Assembly (NCBI GenBank): GCA_012026655.1
Contig: JAAILG010000164.1
Span: forward strand, 1-64,000
Reading direction: 5' to 3'
DNA: 64,000 bases
Source: Hydrolagus affinis
Taxonomy: Eukaryota
The notes under the pieces: model-generated
What the model was told of the DNA's origin: nothing
Database searches by the model: none
The model's input: the letters and a program-made list of their open reading frames with translations, nothing else
Program-made: the position numbers and the translations under genes
Shown: positions 23,561 through 35,416 of the stretch, in pieces
How the letters are laid out: every line of letters starts with the position of its first letter
Position numbering within the stretch: the first letter of the stretch is position 1

Positions 23561-24699
23561 AACTGACAAAATTCACACAAGAACCACAGGCAAACACAGT
23601 TGGGGCTGAAATACTGAACTTTCAACATGTCTTGCCTACATATATAAAAAAAAGTCATTGTTTTATAAAATTATTCATAGTATTTTTTAGTGTGCAGTTC
23701 AAATAGGTTTGTGATATCATGCAGACAAAATAATGATAATAAAATATTCTCTTGGCTCAGCAGTTTGAAATCTGAACAAGTTGTTAGGATATGATGATAG
23801 CAATGTACATTATGATGCCATTATAATCAAATCCATTCTCTGGCTCTTGTGCACTAGAGTCCATTACAATTGTGGCACATCAGTAACTTTATTTTGCTCA
23901 AGGCTATGAAGATATAGATGATGCAAAAAGATTTGTAAGGAGTGAACTGACCTTTGTTGCCATTACATCTAATTCATTTCAGACCTTGTGTCCATTCAGG
24001 TCAATGTCAGTCAAGTTTCTGAAATCATGAGGTATGCGGAGATAGGTCAGGGCAGTGAGATTGAAAGTACTGCTTGTTCTGAGAGCTGGTGAAGACTCAG
24101 TGAGCCCATTGGCCTCCTCCTTCTCCACTGTAAATTTCTATGATTCTACTATTAAAATTGATAAAAACAAACGCCGCTTGGCTGGGTTCCAGAAAAGCAA
24201 TTTTCCCTTCAAAATCATGCGCTCAGAGCTATTGTTGTGACCCTAATATCCACCTATTAATGTAAACCCAAGGTCTGCCTCCTGTACAGTATCGGCAAAC
24301 AGAAATAATGAACCCATCTGTGTATTAAAATTACATCCATATGGAGTTTTACAGTTGTTATGACCATCAATTCCAGACATGGGGCCATTTCCTTGTGGAA
24401 TTCTGTTTGGTTTGAGTTTCCACATGTGTCAGACACCCAGCTGATGAAAGAAAGGACCATCAATATGTGTTCTCCCTAGGATAAAAAATAATCAAAACTT
24501 TCAGCCTAGTCAGTCGTTGGATTTTTGTTCTGATGCAGTGAGAAACCAATTTGTCCAGCACTTTTCTCTTTTTAAGAGAGATTCTAAGTTTCACTTTCAA
24601 TTCTATTTGTTATGGATCGAGTTCTACAGAATTTCTGTTAACAACAAATCTAAAGAGGATGCTTTTAAAGAGCGAGAAGTTTGGTACACAATGTTTGCC

Positions 24700-25148
24700 T
24701 TGGTTTATAGTGCTCTCTCTTCTGAGTCACAAGGCTGTGGGTTCCAGCTCCATTTTGGAACCATGAACTCAGATAGTGTAGGATAATGGTGGCCAATATT
24801 TCTTGATTCATGACATAAATCCAATGTAGTGCAAGAGGTGTGCTTCATTGTTCGAAGTGCCATCCTTTGGATGAGATGTTAAGCCAAGGGTTTTTATGTC
24901 TGTTCAGTTGGAAATCAAGGATCCCATGATTCTTTGCAAAAAAGAGATCCGAGTTTCCCCTGGTGCCCTGATCAACAATCCCCAGATAAATTGTTCATTG
25001 ATGTCATGGCTGTTTGTTAGACATAGCTGTGTGCAAATTGACTGCAATGTTCGCTTGCAAAACACAGTCACAACACTATGATTTTGAGACGTCTAGAAGA
25101 TGTGAAGAAGCGCTATATCAAACGCATGGATTATTATTATATTATTAT
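24700..25148 (+). mobile_element. Deu-domain SINE, near full length
   Basis: tRNA-like head (ctgagtcacaaggctgtgggttccagctcc), Deu block gtgccatcctttggatgagatgttaagcc...gatcccatg, and tail gagacgtctagaagatgtgaagaagcgctatatcaaacgcatggattattatt. Confidence 0.8.
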
Positions 25149-25635
25149 ATGATTTATCCTGTAATGTAATTTGATACATCTTCCTGACATGAAAGACATT
25201 ACATCAAATGTAAGGGGTATTATTTAAGATGATCCATGGGAATTCCAGTCTCAATTTAATATAGAAACTACTTTATTATTTGTTTGTATATTTTGAAAGT
25301 AGATTGCATTCAGAGTGGAGTTCCTGAGTGTCCGCAATTCAAATTGCCCAAGTAAGGAATTCTGGTTAGAAATCGTAGCATTAGATTCCTTTGTCTATGC
25401 ATTCAGTGCCAAATATCAAGCATGAATTTGTCTCTCCTGCAGCAGCTCCATCATAAATCAAGTCAGTGCGAGTGAGAAAATTGAAAATTAGGTTTACCTA
25501 ATCATGCAGGCAATAGAAAATTCAGCCTCAAAGTTTGCAGGTCAGTTTATATTTACTTGTATAATTTGTTGACGTTATAAGAGTGCTAAGATCAAAATGA
25601 GCAATGATACACTTTAACTCTATCAAACTGATTAC

Positions 25636-25820
25636 CAGTAAAAGCCCATTTATCCGTGACTCGATCAACTGTAACTTCTGTATAACCGGCACCTCGAAAA
25701 AAAAGGTCCACATTCAATTAACCGGAATTTATCCGGAAAAATGCATTAAAACAAAGTAACTGTTTTTGTGTGTTGTCGACCGAATATACGGCACGCACTT
25801 GGCCAGGTCCCGAGGTTACC
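25636..25820. mobile_element. Tigger-like MITE, right end missing
   Basis: Starts CAGTAAAAGCCCATTTATCCG. Its ...ttggccaggtcccgagg segment is shared with 57440-57543, which ends ATAAATGGGCTTTTCCTG-TA (the complementary TIR). Confidence 0.7.
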
Positions 25821-27731
25821 TCCAAAAATTCCTGCCCAGATTTGGTGAAGGTCCTAAAAGAAAATAACATTTTAATGAATATAGAAAAGGACCATCTCGA
25901 TAGACAGTAATGCCCAAGCATATATGGCATTTCTCCCACAAATTATGCAGTTAATTCACTTTACAGTATATTCTGTGAAGCAGTTTGAGAAGCATTCAAG
26001 ACGTGATAAGGCGCATATCAAATGCAAAGATTATTATTACAGTTGAGTGTTGCACAGGAAACAGGTTGAGCAGGGCAGAATTGCTGCTGAGTGAATGGGA
26101 ATCTTAGTCTGCTTAAGTAAGGTGGTGGCTGCTGAGTTGGAATTAGTGCGTATCCATGGCAAACCTAGAGTTGTCAGCTAGAATTTGGTTACGAACTAAT
26201 ATCAGGAGCATTTCACACAGAGCTGTAATTGTTTACTTAAGGCTGGACTGTGAGAGAACAGTTGTCTCCAATAGCTATGCTCCCAGCTTGAATCCTGAAT
26301 TATAAGTGTATTTTGCTTCCAACACTTTTCTATTGCCCATTAAATCTTAAACAAAAGGAGAAGAAAGACCAAAGTTTATTCGCTGTGTAAACCATGGATT
26401 TAGGACATAGCTTTACATATGGAAAAGCAAATCTTGTCAGCTGTTGTACTTGTATCATGATATCCTGTAGCGGTTGCTAGGGGAACCTGTCAATACTTTC
26501 ACACGCAGTTCCTTCACGTGGGTACTTGTTTATTGTTTTCAGAGCTTTGGAGAAACTTGAATGAAGAGATTGTTTCTGGTCCTTTTCAAAAGGGCAATGC
26601 CCATTGAGTTTCGAAGAGCTAACCATTTTTTTTTAAAGTACATTAAAATTGGCAGTTTAAAGGACCATCTAAAACCATAAGGTACATTCTTTTGTCTATT
26701 TAATAAATACTTGGCAATCTTTCCTTCTTTCGTCACAACTCCTACAATTATGTTTGGCAGCAAGTACAAAAAAATTAATTTCAAATGGATCACATTCCTT
26801 TGGTTGAGGAGGCCATTGACCCAAAGATCTTGCCTTGTGACTGTCAGTAAAGTTTACATTTACATTTACTCCACTGTATTTATTCATTCAGAGGAAGATC
26901 ATTGGCAACATGTCAAGCAGAAATACTCTCCCTGCCAAGTGGGTATTCACCAAGGCTGAGAAAATACATCTCTCCCTGGTCAGTGGGGAGGAGACTTGAT
27001 GAATCCCAGGGTACGAAGTGGGTTTGCCTCAGGCTGGTGCAGATAACAATAGTTAATACACCAATAGATATAAAAGACACACATATGCACTGTACATGAA
27101 GTTGTTGTCTGACACTGTCATACTCTTGCCATTACTAAGATATCTTCAACAAGAGTTGCACTGACCTGTTTTTTTACACAACGTCTTTGCAGCCACCCAT
27201 TCAGTGGGCTCCACCCAACCCATGAACCACTCAGTACCAGCATGTTTAGCAACTCTGAGTGGGAGGGGAAGAGAGCAAGAGTCTACCGATAAGCCTAGAT
27301 CAACAATGCAGATGCTGGCCAAGGGAAGAGCTCCCCTCCAGCTCAATAGCCACTCTAACAAGCTTGGAAGTCAACCAAGATATTATTGTATCTTTTTTAT
27401 TATTGTGTCTTTCTTGTTCAATGTTGTCCTCTCCCCACACCACAGACCACGCCAACATGTCCCGCAAAATGACACACAGCAAAACACTCCGTTAAGGGAC
27501 TAGTGTGGTAGTTAAGGAGATGCAACACAAAGCACTGTAGAGGTGAGGAATACAGTTGGCAGTGAAGATCAAAGAAATAGCATTTACATGCCCAGGTTTA
27601 TCTGGAGGAATTGTCAAGAGGAATGCATTTTGATGCATTCAATAAACGGTTGATAGGCTCGCTATACAAATGTAATTTTGTTGTTGTTGTCCATTGACAA
27701 TTTAAGGTGTAAGGAAGCAAAGTCAATATGT

Positions 27732-28052
27732 GGAGCTCCTGTAGCTCAGTGGTTAGATAACTCACCTCACAAGTATGAGACCTGTGTTCGAATCCAGGTA
27801 GATCAAGGAGAAACCCTGGGCAAGTTTCCTTACTCCATATGCCTAATAATAATCAGTCAAAAAAAACAATAATAAAATTGGTCATTTCAATTCATGGCTG
27901 TTTATGTGGGATGCTGCTATGCGCAATTGGCTGCCGCATTTCGCCCACAAATATACAGTCAATTCACTTTTCGGTAAAAAAAAAATCTGTGAAATGTTTT
28001 GAGACGTTGATAAGATGTGAAAAATCGCTATGTCAAATGCAAGGATTATTAT
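27732..28052 (+). mobile_element. tRNA-headed SINE, short subfamily
   Basis: ctcctgtagctcagtggttag (A box) ... gtgttcgaatcc (B box) ... ctccatatgcctaataataatc ... tail. Confidence 0.9.
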
Positions 28053-28224
28053 CTCAACATGACACTGGAGGAGTTGAGCATCAGCCTGGAGACTGGTGTC
28101 AGCATGTGAGCTTGGGCTCCTGCTCTCCTTTAATCCTCTTTTGTGTCTGCAGGGGACGGTACATTGGACTCCTCCACTTACTGCCCTTACTCGTGCACAG
28201 ATAGATTTGGCAGAATCAACATAA

Positions 28225-28560
28225 GTATTACAAGGTGTCACATACCCACTCTCAATACATACTGTACCACATTGATATATATTGCTATAGGAGATACTGC
28301 ATTACAATGTGGCACATAACTACTGTAGTAGAAATTGTATTATGGATGAATGCACAGCACACATTGCAAATTATAATACACATACTGTATTATAATGTGT
28401 CATGCCCCAACTATAATAGATACAATGTACCACATGACTGCTAGAATAGGTACTATACAGTACTGCAATGCATCACACATTATAGTAGATATTGCATTAA
28501 AATATGTGTTACACACCCCATAGTAGATTCTGTATTACAATGTGTCACGTACCCACTATA
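28225..28560. repeat. Degenerate minisatellite, ~38-40-bp unit
   Basis: Recurring unit like tagtagatactgtattacaatgtgtcacatacccacta, e.g. at 28310-28350, 28482-28520 and 28521-28559. Confidence 0.7.
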
Positions 28561-29604
28561 TGTTCATCTACATACACACTTTACAGTAAATCCTGTCAAA
28601 TGCTTTGAGGCATTTCAGCGACATGATAAAGCACTATACCAAATGCAAGGATTATTATTTATTATAGACACCGTAGTGGGCTGCTAGGAACAAAGGAAAG
28701 TGAAGGATGATTGATTTGTTAATTAAACTGAATATTAAAAAAGAAGGGAGATGAAATGAAGGAAAAGAATATGAAATGACTGGAGAAATACATTGTGTTT
28801 ACCAGGGACAGAGAAGAGGTTTAATCTAAAGAAATTGATAGAAATTGACAGAGATGATTGAAATGTTTTTCTGAACAATGAACAGCAGACACGTGTAATA
28901 AAATTATATATAATTATATCTTCATATTATATGAAGAATTGTTACCCAGCCACTGAAAATATAAAATTAATCTCTCATATCTGAAAATAATTGTCAGATT
29001 CGCATTTGAAATGAATTATAACCTTAGCCATCACAATATAAATGCTGATTACTGAGTGGCTTCCAACTTGGAAGGTAATTTTTGACACATTGAATGTAGC
29101 TTTGTAAACAGCCTTGAAATTGGGGATATAAATTGACTAAAAATCACACTTAGATCTCTGTATAAAAGGACTTTACTGAATACTCACATATTAATATAAT
29201 TTTATACTTAATATAAGTTTTAGAAGACATGACCCCAAGTTGTTCCAATATGCCATAAAAATGAATACAAAAAATAATGGCTTTCTGATGTTTGTCAAAG
29301 CGCACTTGTAGAGAGCGATTTTAATGAAGAATCGAGGGAACTTGATATTCTTAGCTGTTCCTGAGTGGAACCTACATCCTGTTCAGCACCTGGCCAGGCA
29401 GACTCATGCTCTCGACTGAGGATAAGTAATTACTCTGTGCCACAGCCATCAGTCTGTGGCAGAAGTGGGTTGCCATCTCCTCAGTGTCAAGCAAGAATTT
29501 TTCACTTAACAAACTAATAACTAAGCTGAGTATATATCATAAAATAAGCTGAAGTATGTCACCTGGCTGCTGTAAAATACATGAAACTAGAACTATTGAA
29601 AGAA

Positions 29605-29915
29605 AACAACAACAATAATAATAAAATTACTCTTGTATAGCACATTTCAAGTCAGGAGGACATCCCAAGGTGCTGGACAGTCACTGCTTCAGACCCGAGC
29701 TGGGCCCAAGGACGATGGAGGTAGGGTGGAGGTGTGGGGGCGGGGCAGGGAGGGAGGGGAAGGGAAGTGGGGCTTAGGAGTTGTCGATAGGACCATCAAA
29801 GAGGAGAGTCTTAAGGCGGGACTTGAAGGAGGCCAGGGAGGGGGCGAGGCGGAGGGACTGTGTGATGGAGTTCCAGAGGTTGGGGGAAGAGTGGGTAAAG
29901 GCTCGCCCGCCAATG
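29605..29915 (-). mobile_element. L2 3' end
   Basis: Reverse complement of the tail (aacaacaac...ttgtatagc...gacatcccaaggtgctggacagtc) plus the purine-rich L2 3' region. Confidence 0.85.
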
Positions 29916-30409
29916 GACCGAAAGAGACCGAAGCAGGGAGATCAACATTTCTCCTTCCTTCAAGAATTAACTTGATGCTCTAATTTGACAGTAGTGAAGA
30001 ACACGATTTACAAAACAGCCCTAAGAAGTCCTGAAGAAGTATGAGAATACATTAAATGTCCCTATTTATATTGCAATAGATGCTCTCCATAGCAATGTCT
30101 CTGAAAGCTGTGTAAGCTGTATGGTTTGCATTACTGAAGTGACCATACAAAAATTATGTAAATTGGAAAAGACTATGGTGAAGTTCTGGTAAAATAATAA
30201 TAATAATATAACAATCCTTGCATTTGATATAGTACCTTATCATGTCTTCTACACATCTCTGCAAAGTGATATTTTGTGGGCGAGAGAATATTGGAAATTG
30301 AAAGGTGTCTATATTTTTTAAATGTCAAAAAGTCACAACTGTCAAATGTTTGAAAAAATTACATATTCCAGTGGTGATGAAAACAGTACTACAGTTGTAG
30401 TGATATATT

Positions 30410-30565
30410 GCATTAACACACACTTCAATGGACAGGTGGGACTTTGGTTGAATGTTTGATGCAAAAGACGGCATCTCCAACAATGCAGTGCACCGCATTG
30501 ATGTGACAGCCTGGACCAAAGTCCAACTGTGGGTCTTTAACATTCAATCTTCTGACTCAGGGATG
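30410..30565 (-). mobile_element. Deu-domain SINE fragment
   Basis: aaaagacggcatctccaacaatgcagtgcacc...gtgacagcctggacc...cttctgactcag. Confidence 0.7.
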
Positions 30566-31282
30566 ATCTCAATCGATGGCCACTCTGCCATCTGTTTTTT
30601 CTATGACTAGCCAGATGACTAGCTATGATGTTTGAGATTAATGTGCGAGTGGTTATAATTTGCGATATGTGAATTTCAAATTCATTGTTCGAAGTTTCAT
30701 TGTTGTATTCAGGGCCCTTTTTGCACCAAATATGTTTGGCTCATCTCCATATCCCTTCATGACTATGAAAGGTGGTGTGGAAATAGTGGCAGTACTGGCT
30801 GTCCATCACGCCTTTGTATTTGTGCACAACATGCAGTGCCTGCTCGTTTCATTATGTGAAATGCACTGTTAGTGGTTTGTAATGCCAATTGAAAGCACAA
30901 TGTGCAGCAGATAGATATAAAGCTTTATTGATGTTGTACTGAATACTCAGTAATTGTCAGCATGCAATAAAATGTTAGCACACACCAAAGTGGCTTGGGG
31001 ATTTCAATATCTCCCCTTGAATCTGAATATAGTTTTGTGCAATGCACTCAGTTATGGAGCACTGCACTGAAGGATATATTTGCTCCCATATGTAAAGCTG
31101 GTTTATAGCAACAATGTCTGGAAATAAAATAGGAAGAGCACTTCAACGTCCATCGCAAAAGGCTTGAAATTCCATCCAGCCTTCAATCGCCAAAGACTAT
31201 TTGTCATAAACTTTAAAATTGTACTGAATTGTGGAAAATTCTTCAATTCAATCTTAGTTTGTGGAATCCTATATTGTAATTG

Positions 31283-31775
31283 TTTCACCCACAAAATATA
31301 CAGTCAATTCACTTTATAGTACAGTATATGCTGTGAAGTGCTTTCAGACGTATCGAAGTTATAAGAAGGCACTATATCAAATGCAAGATTTATTATTATT
31401 GATTAGAGTACTCGCCTCATATGTGAGATGACCTAAGTTTGATTCCCGTGCAGGGCGAAACGTTAGGCAATTTTCTTTACTCCGCAAGCCTGTATTTACT
31501 AGCAGTAAGCAGGAACCTGATTGTCAGTCGATTAGCGAAATGCTTTCCAGGGATAATAATCCCCTAAAAAATAATGATAATAATAATCATTGGTCACTCA
31601 ATCCACGACTGTTTGTGGGGACACTGCTGTGCACAATTGGTTCACCCACAGATATACAGTCAATTCACTTTACAGTATATTCTGTGAAGCACTTTAAGAT
31701 GTCTAGAAGACGTGAAAAGCACTATATCAAATGGAAGGATTATTATTATATACCAAACGCAAGGATTATTATTAC
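31283..31775 (+). mobile_element. SINE 3' half followed directly by a long-subfamily tRNA-SINE
   Basis: Tail at 31283-31400, then ttagagtactcgcctca...gcagggcgaaacgttaggcaa...tttactagcagtaagcaggaacc... and a duplicated tail end. Confidence 0.85.
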
Positions 31776-32699
31776 TATTATTATTTGTTCGATTCACAGA
31801 TATTGGGGGTTCGACCGAAATAAAACACAGTTGATATACAAGTGCAAGTTTTGTTGTTTTTGTTGTTGTCACAGTGTTTATATTGTTAAATTAACAAAAG
31901 TCCAATTTGGTAGTGTGAATATCATCATGTTATTGAGTAACATTGTGCTTTTTAAAGAAACTTACAGAAATACAGTAAAATCAATGAGATTGAATGCAGA
32001 AAACCTGGAACAAAAAATGTATGACGTTTGAAAAAAAATACCAACATTTAATTTAGAGTCAGAAAAGTAATTCCCATCCCAATGAATGTAGAGTTCTCCA
32101 ATGAATGTAGGATATGCCAGGTCTGTTTCCCTTGGGGCCGAATAGCTGATGCACCACATTTGTTACTGCCAAAGACCCACATAGAGTTTTTGTGAAAAAA
32201 AACTTAGATCCTGCATCTTATCCCGCGGAGACCCAGTTCCTACACAGACATTCTTTATACTCATCTACTGGAACATCTGGTCCTTGTCTAACATTTAATT
32301 TCCACACCATTACAGTCAAACAATACATTTGCATCAAGAGGTAATGGAATGCATTCTCGGGGAAGAAAGAGACAGCAATTTATTATCCTCATTTAAAATA
32401 GCCTAGAGCAAGAGCAGTAGATCTTAATTCTGCAACAGTCTTTGGGTTCTGATCTTCCTTTGCACCTTAGATAACATAAAGACCTTTTCTTGGTACTTTA
32501 AATCCTTATGTGCGCTACTGTATTTCTTAACTATGATGTGAATTATTATGACTCAGAAATGCAACGTGTTCCAGTAAGCTTGCGAGGAAAAAAAATAGAT
32601 TTTTTATTCTGATGTAAACCAATATATAAGGAATTAATATAAGAAGTTCCGGCGGAAGGCAAGGAAAATGAATTGTCCAGTGCATGTGGGTCACCTACT

Positions 32700-32880
32700 A
32701 TCGAATCACAGAATCATAGAATCATAGAATGGTACGGCACAGAAGGAGGCCATTCGGCCCATCGAGTCTGTGCCGGCTCTTTGACCGAGCACGTCACTTT
32801 CATTAACCCCAATCACCAGCTTTCTCCCCATAACCCTGCAAACCCGTCTTTCCCAGATACCTATCTAGTTCTCTCTTACA
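32700..32880 (-). mobile_element. CR1-type 3' tail
   Basis: gaatcatagaatcatagaatggtacggcacagaaggaggccattcggcccatcgagtctgtgccggctctt is the reverse complement of the CR1 (ATTCTRTG)n terminus and stem-loop. Confidence 0.85.
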
Positions 32881-32979
32881 AAAAATTGATGCGTTGTATG
32901 TAAACAGGCTGTACTGATACTTAAAATAATTTTCAGATTTGATGACTGTTGTGTGCAAACTGGCTCCTGCATGTATAAA

Positions 32980-34003
32980 CTAATAATAATACTACTACTA
33001 ATAATAATAATGCTTGCATTTGATATAGTGCCTTAACATATCTGCAAAGTGAATTGACTGTATATTTTCGTGGCCAAAACACAGGAGTCAATTTTGCACA
33101 GCTGTATCCCACAAACACTCGTGGTTTGAGTGACCAAATTATTATTACAGGTATCCCCCGATTTACGATAGGGTTGCATTCCTGAAAAACATCACGTAAA
33201 CTGAAATGTCATAAATGGGAACGGGTTTTCCCATCCCATCCCATTGTATAATCCGAGCTGCGTTCTTTTGACAAAATTTTCAGATCCAAAACCCACTAAA
33301 ATAACACTTTGCAACAAAGAATTTAATGATGAGACTTAATGAATTTAATTAATGAATAATTAATTTAATACCACATCGAGCGGGTGCCGCGGCTCTCGAT
33401 CACAGGTCCCGTACCGCGAACAGATCCAGTGTCTAGGACCCAACATGAGCCCCGAGGCCTTGGGGATCATCTGATCACCTCATCAATCGGCAGCCGCTTG
33501 ACGTCATCCCGGTTGCCGATTGGATGAGGTGATCAGGTGGTCCCCAAGGCCTCGGGGATATACCAGATATACACTTCCGCCTGGGCCACTGTTTGGCGCA
33601 TTTTTCTCGACATCTATATGCATTTGAGGTTGGTTTACAAGATATACTAGATATACTACGTATTTTGATTTATTTACCCCAAAAAATCAAGTATAATTTA
33701 AAAATGTCGTTAAAGTGAAACAAAATATTTTACATCGATAAAAGGGTGTTTAAAAAATTACGTTCATTAAATCGAAATCATCTAAATAGAGACGTGGTAA
33801 ATCGGGGATACCTGTATTATTTTGATGGGATCATTACCCCCAGGAAAGCAATTTGCCAACTGATTAACAACTGGGTTTCTACTTACTCCTGGGTAAACAG
33901 AGGTGTATGGAGTAACAAAACTGTCCCAATGGTTTGTCATGTCCAGGAATCAAATCCAGGTCTCGCTTGCGAGGTGAGTGTTCTAACCACTGAGCTACAG
34001 GTT
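32980..34003 (-). mobile_element. tRNA-headed SINE (long subfamily) split by a MITE
   Basis: Tail and 3' body at 32980-33147. CORE-like block and head at 33815-34003 (gtaaacagaggtgtatggagtaa...ctaaccactgagctacagg). Confidence 0.85.
33148..33814. mobile_element. Tigger-like MITE nested in a SINE
   Basis: TIRs CAGGTATCCCCCGATTTAC / GTAAATCGGGGATACCTG with TA on both sides; CpG-rich interior; internal hairpin at 33450-33557. Confidence 0.92.
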
Positions 34004-34569
34004 TCATTTGCCTACAAATACACAGTCACAACACTTAACAAACAGTTAAAAAGTGTAAAATTATTCTGAGATGGTCTCCTGATATGAAAGGCACAAAACC
34101 AAATGCATGAGTTATTAGCAGTAGTTTCTCTCCTCCTCTCAGAGCTATAACGATTCATGTGGATGATCTGTGGAAAGTGTCAGCTGCCTTGAAACATGTT
34201 CAATTGGGCATTTGAGAATATGGGAATCAAGCAGCAATACAATTTATAAGATACTGTACTGTATATAGGTTGTCGCATTCGCTTAGAAAAGAATTTAGGA
34301 AACATACTGACCTTTCTGCAATAAACCAAGATGGTGGTGATATTGAGAGCGACACTTACTGGGTGAGGTGCACTGTGGCCTCGTTTCATTATCACCAGCG
34401 TTATAAACACAACGCTAACAAGTCACAAGTGTTAACTTTATACAGTGTATGCAACCAGAGGCTGAAGCTTTGCAGAGTCCAAACTGGTCTTTATGCTTCG
34501 CCATCCTCACAACTGGAATAGTTTTACTGTACTTAGTAAACTAAATGTTCTTGTTAATACAATATATTT

Positions 34570-34960
34570 TATATTTATACACCGCCTTTCTTGTTGGGAG
34601 GACATTCCAAAGCACATTCACAGTCCTGGCTGGGCAATGGAGCAAGGGATGTAATCCGAGAGAGATGGGGAGGGGAGAAAATGGCCAAAAGCACGATCAG
34701 AGAAGTTTGTTTTGCGGCATAATTGAAAGAAGGGAAGAAGGAATTAAGTTGGAGGAATTCTGGGATGGAGTTTCCGGGAGTGAGTGTAGATTGGCTGAAC
34801 CCCCGCCCCTGATGTTGGGGCAGGTTAGGCGGGGAACACAAAGTAGGCCGACACCTACTGAGCAAACTGAGTGGTTGGGACACTAAGATTGGAGGAAGTT
34901 GTAGAGATAGGATGGGGTGGAACAGTGGAACGATTTAAAGGTGAGAACCAGGATTTTGAA
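34570..34960 (-). mobile_element. Old L2 3' fragment
   Basis: cgcctttcttgttgggaggacattccaaagcac tail plus ggagtttcc...tttaaaggtgagaaccaggattttgaa. Confidence 0.75.
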
Positions 34961-35111
34961 GCACCCACACAATGATGTAAACAATTTTAAAACAGCATTG
35001 AAAAAGCCTTCCAAATCAAATGATGTGCAGTAACATTAAAAATCTATGAAATGAACATTCCTTTCTCTTAAACTCTTCTTTCCCAGCAGTCAGCCAGCCT
35101 TCTCAACCATT

Positions 35112-35416
35112 GTCCTGTAGCTCAGTGGTTAAAGCACTCCCCTTACAAGTGAGAGACCTGGGTTCGATTCCAGGCATTCCTTAGGCAAGTTTCCGTACTC
35201 CACATGCCTAATAATAATCCCTCGAAAAAATTACAATAATAAATTGGTCATTTCAAATGACGACTGTTTGTAGGACATTGCTGTGCACAATCGTCTGCTG
35301 TGTTTCGCCCACAAATATACAGTCAATTCACTTTACAGTATATTCTTTGAGATGTCTAGAAGATGTGAAAAGCACTATATCAAATGCAAGGATTATTTAT
35401 CATGATTATTATTATA
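35112..35416 (+). mobile_element. tRNA-headed SINE, short subfamily
   Basis: gtcctgtagctcagtggttaaagcactc...gggttcgattcc...ctccacatgcctaataataatccctc...tail. Confidence 0.9.

Noticed and set aside
28225-28560. Possible CRISPR-like array
   Set aside because: Contiguous degenerate units with no unique spacers, in a eukaryotic context.
31540-32031. 163-aa ORF, plus similar ...[11 protein letters not shown]... peptides elsewhere
   Set aside because: Read-through of the SINE body; the recurrence reflects repeat copies, not a protein family.
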